This document shows, in pieces, positions 60,229 through 64,000 of a DNA stretch of 64,000 nucleotides. How positions within the stretch are numbered: position 1 is the first letter of the stretch; each line of letters opens with the position of its first letter. The stretch comes from a candidate division WOR-3 bacterium. Its GTDB lineage: Bacteria; Hydrothermota; UBA3072; B12-G15. The notes under the pieces were generated by a model, which saw only the letters and a list, made by a program, of their open reading frames with translations, had not been told where the DNA came from and searched no databases. The stretch is from NCBI GenBank assembly GCA_965649055.1, contig CBFGJG010000006.1:2219-66218 (forward strand), given 5' to 3'. Position numbers and translations under genes: made by a program.

Positions 60229-62664
60229 TTATTTTACAAGAATCACTTTCTGTGTAACCTTTTCACCACTTTCAGGTGTTACTACGATGAAATATGTCCC
60301 TGAACCAACCTTGTTCCCTGAAAAATCTTTTCCATTCCATCTCACTGTGTGTCTTCCCGTAAAGTGGATTTCATCTTTCAATGTGTTTATCTTCTGACCA
60401 AGTAGATTGTATACATCAACCCTTATCTTTGTATCAAATGGGACTGAATATTCCATCTCTGCTATATCTTTGAATACACTATTTATCCTTAAAACCTCAA
60501 TCTTCCCATCTTCAAGTGTATATACCTTTGATGTGGATGGTGTGAATCTTACAGCAGTTCCATTTGATGGATTTGTTGAATACGGGACACCAGCGGTTCC
60601 ATCATTATTTTCGATTCCACGAACAGTTGTTACATCATTTGTAACTGAATTATACTGGAATACTATCTGTCCATTAGGATAAAGTATAACCTGGAATGTC
60701 TGTGTGCTTGTATTAGAATAATTCTTCACTGCATTCCATGTTACAACAAATTTATCCGTTCCACTATAATATGTGATTGTTCCACCTGCAGATGGATTCA
60801 AATCCCTCCATAGTGGTGCTATCAATGCATTCGGTGCAGCTGTATTTGGTATTGAAGCAGGTGAGTATGCGGTTGAGCTTGATGTGAAACTCAAGAAACC
60901 ATTTGAACATACATAAACAGATGTGTAATTAGTCCCGTAGAAATTGAATGTGAAAGGAAGTGTGAACTGCTTTGACTGGTCATCACCAGTTATACCTGTT
61001 GCAGTTGATGTTGAAACCCATGAATATGTTGTTGATGCAAGTGTGTATGTAACTGTTCCTCCACCACCACCACTTGAACCACCTTTGATATATTCATCCC
61101 ATTGTGTTGCAGAAGAAGATGGTAGATTATTATACCTTGAATCTATACTTGTTGATGTTGGATGATAAATCGCAACACCCCTACAAACTGAATATGATGA
61201 TGAATTCTTATAGAGCTTTACAACATATCCAGTTATATAATTCATCAAATCACTTGCTGCATTCTTTAATGCAGTTGGAACTGTTGAATTATAAATCTTG
61301 TTTGCAAAATCATATAAATCTATATGAGATGTGAGATAGAACTGCTTTGTGTTGCTCCTTGCTGTTGATATAGTGCTTGAATAACCTGCACCCCTTGCAT
61401 TCATAAGTTCTTGTGCAAATGTATTTATCTTTGTTGACAATGTTGAGATAGTTGTCAAATCAATAACATCAAGTGTTGACTGTCCTGATGTCCCGTTCAC
61501 AACAGCCTTACCAAGGTCAACCGCTGACATTGTAGGATTGCTCTTTAATGAATTTAAGAAACTTGTGTAATACCAACCATCACCACCCTCTGTCTCTTCA
61601 GAAGAAACCATCACATTTGCATAGTCTTTCGCAATATACATAACCTCCCACATACCCATAAGACATGCATCAAAACCTATCAAATCAATATTTTTACCCA
61701 GCTTTGTCTTTATCTGTGATAATGCATTTGCAAATTCACCATTTGATACATCTATTGCATTCCCACTTGAATTATCATTACTGAAGGATTTTATTGCCTC
61801 ATCACCCTTATACCAACCATCTCCGTGGTCCCAAAGGACAAGGAAGTATTTTTCAGCAGGATAATTTGTCTTTGCCCAGTCAACAAAAGAAACAAGGGTT
61901 GAATAAGAACCCATATCAACTTCACCAATATCTGCTATAAGCTGTGAGCTGATTGTGCTTGTGTTTGCATCCTGTGTCACATAGTATCTCCTGCAGGTTG
62001 TCCAGTTTCCATTTGAAGTATTATAACCTGATGCCCTGTCCATCTGGACAACGATATTGAAATCATTTGTTGAACCTACTGCTTCCATCTCATTAAAATC
62101 GGATATTCCAAAATCTTCAAGGTCATTATCTGCATTCATATACACCATTATTGTCCATTTCTTTGTTGTTGTCCCTGAAGTTGCTGTCAAGACCACATCA
62201 TCTATATAAACACCTGTATATGTTACACTGCCATCAGAATAGAATCTGAACCTTATCTTCGTTGCAGTTGTTGGAATATTAACAGAAATCTGTTGCCAGC
62301 TCTGATAAGAACCACTTCTTGACCACGCAGAAACCCATGATGAACCATTATAATATTCAACATAGATGTAATCATAATTTGTCTCTGTATACTGCCAGAT
62401 ATAGAACTTCAAAGTTGCAGAAGTATAACCAGAAAGCGAAACAGCCCTTTCCATTGTAACATTCATATTATTAGAATAGGTTGAAGCAGATGTGCATTTC
62501 GCACTGTAAGAAGATGAGTAATACTTATCAGATACCTTTGTCCATCCACTGGACACAGTCCAGCCAGTTGGAAAATTCGTCATGTTGTCAGAAAAAATCG
62601 TTGTCTGACAAAACAATACCAAACTAAAAACCAAACCAAAAACAACCAAAAACCTCAACCTCAT
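60229..62664 (-). CDS. Clostripain-family (peptidase C11, clan CD) cysteine protease with a T9SS C-terminal sorting domain
   Basis: It has a signal peptide. The catalytic His and Cys sit in the LVLWDHGDGW and GFDACLMG blocks typical of C11. The T9SS CTD reads VYNLLGQKI...GTYFIVVTPESGEKVTQKVILVK. A GGGAGG RBS is present. Confidence 0.75.
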   Translation of the reverse strand: MRLRFLVVFGLVFSLVLFCQTTIFSDNMTNFPTGWTVSSGWTKVSDKYYSSSYSAKCTSASTYSNNMNVTMERAVSLSGYTSATLKFYIWQYTETNYDYIYVEYYNGSSWVSAWSRSGSYQSWQQISVNIPTTATKIRFRFYSDGSVTYTGVYIDDVVLTATSGTTTKKWTIMVYMNADNDLEDFGISDFNEMEAVGSTNDFNIVVQMDRASGYNTSNGNWTTCRRYYVTQDANTSTISSQLIADIGEVDMGSYSTLVSFVDWAKTNYPAEKYFLVLWDHGDGWYKGDEAIKSFSNDNSSGNAIDVSNGEFANALSQIKTKLGKNIDLIGFDACLMGMWEVMYIAKDYANVMVSSEETEGGDGWYYTSFLNSLKSNPTMSAVDLGKAVVNGTSGQSTLDVIDLTTISTLSTKINTFAQELMNARGAGYSSTISTARSNTKQFYLTSHIDLYDFANKIYNSTVPTALKNAASDLMNYITGYVVKLYKNSSSYSVCRGVAIYHPTSTSIDSRYNNLPSSSATQWDEYIKGGSSGGGGGTVTYTLASTTYSWVSTSTATGITGDDQSKQFTLPFTFNFYGTNYTSVYVCSNGFLSFTSSSTAYSPASIPNTAAPNALIAPLWRDLNPSAGGTITYYSGTDKFVVTWNAVKNYSNTSTQTFQVILYPNGQIVFQYNSVTNDVTTVRGIENNDGTAGVPYSTNPSNGTAVRFTPSTSKVYTLEDGKIEVLRINSVFKDIAEMEYSVPFDTKIRVDVYNLLGQKINTLKDEIHFTGRHTVRWNGKDFSGNKVGSGTYFIVVTPESGEKVTQKVILVK

Positions 62665-62884
62665 AAATTCCTCCCTTTTTCTTACTATATATAAAATTTT
62701 TATTCCTGATTTTTTAAAATTTTAATATATTGATTTTCAAAAAATTAAAAAATAAAAGAAAAAACAAAGATTATAACACTATTGCATAAATTCAATATAT
62801 ATTCTCAAAATTGACATATAGATTTTATAATCAATAAGTTATCATATTGAAAAAAAGCAATATATTATTGTAATTTTGCAATAA

Positions 62885-63805
62885 TTATTGACTCAAGATT
62901 CTGTAGAGTGTTGCGTAGTCTATTTTCAGGATTTCTGATGCCTTCTTTTTATTTCCGTTCACCATCTTTAGGATTTTCATTGCGTATTCTTTTCTTGCCT
63001 GTTTTAAATAATCCTTCATTGATAAAATATTTGGTGTTTCCTTCGCGCCTTTCCTCACTGTTTCTGATAATGACCTTGCTGTTATGACACCATTTTCTGC
63101 GTGTAGTATTGCGTATTTTATCTCCTGTATTAATTCCCTCACATTTCCGGGCCAATAATATGAAAGGAGTATTTCTTTAGCATCTTTTGTTATCTCGTCG
63201 GACCTCATCTCCGGTTCAAACTGGGTTATATAGTATTGTGCTATTGGAATTATATCTTCTTTTCTTTCCCTCAATGGAATACAATGTATTGATACAACAT
63301 CTATCCTGAAATAAAGGTCTATCCTGAATTTATTTTGTTCGGCAAGTGCCCTCAAATCCTTTGATGTTGCTGCAATCAACCTGAAATCGACATATCTGAA
63401 TTCGGTTTCGCCTATTCTTCTCACTTCACCTGTATCAAGTGTTCTCAACAGTTTTGATTGTGCTGATGGGCTCAATTCATCCACTTCATCAAGGAACAAT
63501 GTCCCGAATGATGCAGCTTCAATCAATCCCTCTTTATCATTTACAGCCCCGGTAAATGAACCTTTCTTATGTCCGAATAGTTCTGATTCAAATAGTTCAT
63601 GTGGAATACTTGCGCAACTTACAGGTATAAATGCCTTATCCTTCCTTATACTTGTAAAATGAATTATCCTCGCAATGAGTTCTTTACCCGTTCCTGTTTC
63701 ACCTGTTATTAAAACAGGGACATTCTGGTCTTTTATAAGTTCTATAACCTTTGTTATCTCCTTAACCCACGGACTCACACCAATAAGTTTTAATCCTCTG
63801 TCCAT
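62885..63805 (-). CDS. Sigma-54-dependent transcriptional activator without an N-terminal regulatory domain (AAA+ plus Fis-type HTH only)
   Basis: It has Walker A GETGTGKEL, a GAFTGA variant (GSFTGA), ESELFGH and a C-terminal HTH (ASEILKIDYATLYRIL). The protein starts directly at the AAA+ domain. Confidence 0.8.
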   Translation of the reverse strand: MDRGLKLIGVSPWVKEITKVIELIKDQNVPVLITGETGTGKELIARIIHFTSIRKDKAFIPVSCASIPHELFESELFGHKKGSFTGAVNDKEGLIEAASFGTLFLDEVDELSPSAQSKLLRTLDTGEVRRIGETEFRYVDFRLIAATSKDLRALAEQNKFRIDLYFRIDVVSIHCIPLRERKEDIIPIAQYYITQFEPEMRSDEITKDAKEILLSYYWPGNVRELIQEIKYAILHAENGVITARSLSETVRKGAKETPNILSMKDYLKQARKEYAMKILKMVNGNKKKASEILKIDYATLYRILSQ

Positions 63806-63806
63806 A

Positions 63807-64000
63807 TCACCAGACCTCTATTATTCTTTTCTTTACAGCAGGTTCACCTTTACCTGTTTTATATCCTTCATTTATTTTCTTTGAAATTGGCTTTATATCT
63901 CTTGATGTATAGACAACAGCAATAGTTTCGTTTTTCTTTACCGAATCACCAATAAACTTTAAAAGTCTAATACCTGCACCATAGTCTATCTTATCCTCTT
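63807..64000 (-). CDS. Pyrimidine-nucleoside (thymidine) phosphorylase, C-terminal fragment (partial; the 5' end lies outside the window)
   Basis: The translated tail reads ...IDYGAGIRLLKFIGDSVKKNETIAVVYTSRD..., which resembles the PYNP C-terminal domain. Its stop is 1 nt from the activator ATG. Confidence 0.5.
   Translation of the reverse strand, partial: EDKIDYGAGIRLLKFIGDSVKKNETIAVVYTSRDIKPISKKINEGYKTGKGEPAVKKRIIEVW

Noticed and set aside
62665-62884. An expected sigma54 (-24 GG / -12 GC) promoter upstream of the C11 protease gene, next to the sigma54 activator.
   Set aside because: No TGGCAC-N5-TTGC-like element was found on the minus strand. A TTGAAT ... TGtTATAAT extended -10 sigma70-type promoter is present instead.
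1-64000. A search for CRISPR arrays, IS elements, transposases, integrases or phage genes.
   Set aside because: I found no regularly spaced direct repeats and no recognisable mobile-element proteins. The tRNA-Val is not followed by an integrase.

Overview
This is an AT-rich (~30% GC), densely coding bacterial window with no mobile elements, CRISPR arrays, rRNA genes or large repeats. It reads as core chromosome of an uncultured anaerobe. Three large secreted proteins carry type IX secretion C-terminal sorting domains, which suggests an FCB-superphylum-related lineage, yet the promoters are sigma70-type (TTGACA-N16/17-TATAAT).

Main content, in order:
- a complete four-subunit cytoplasmic group 3b [NiFe] sulfhydrogenase operon (hydBGDA-like)
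- a redox and oxidative-stress gene group (TspO, ICMT-family methyltransferase, 1-Cys peroxiredoxin, thioredoxin-like lipoprotein, CcdA, OsmC)
- an operon of four small Cys-rich proteins of unknown function, which is the best candidate for an undescribed system
- ThyX, a Crp regulator, M28 and M24 peptidases flanking an EF-P with a non-canonical modification loop
- a minimal NifS-IscU Fe-S assembly cluster with DUF59 and TusA genes
- serS, an unknown protein translationally coupled to a small RNase H, an NptA plus split PhoU pair, and tRNA-Val(UAC)
- a substrate-binding protein plus methyl-accepting chemotaxis protein pair
- a 14-gene co-directional minus-strand array running rng, TlpA-TPR, OMP, NHL, lspA, dksA-like, ileS, TPR, then tolB-tolA-tolR-tolQ-cpoB-pal in inverted order
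- two ABC exporter half-transporter genes, an M23 peptidase, dus, an orphan ECF-type ATPase pair, and a HAD hydrolase
- three T9SS cargo proteins (a C39-like beta-propeller protease, a Kelch protein, and a clostripain C11 protease), the last directly downstream of a receiver-less sigma54 activator
- panB, DUF721-gyrB, and a NapH-like membrane ferredoxin

Several promoters sit so close to the start codon that the transcripts should be leaderless. Two identical GC hairpins flank the Kelch T9SS gene.
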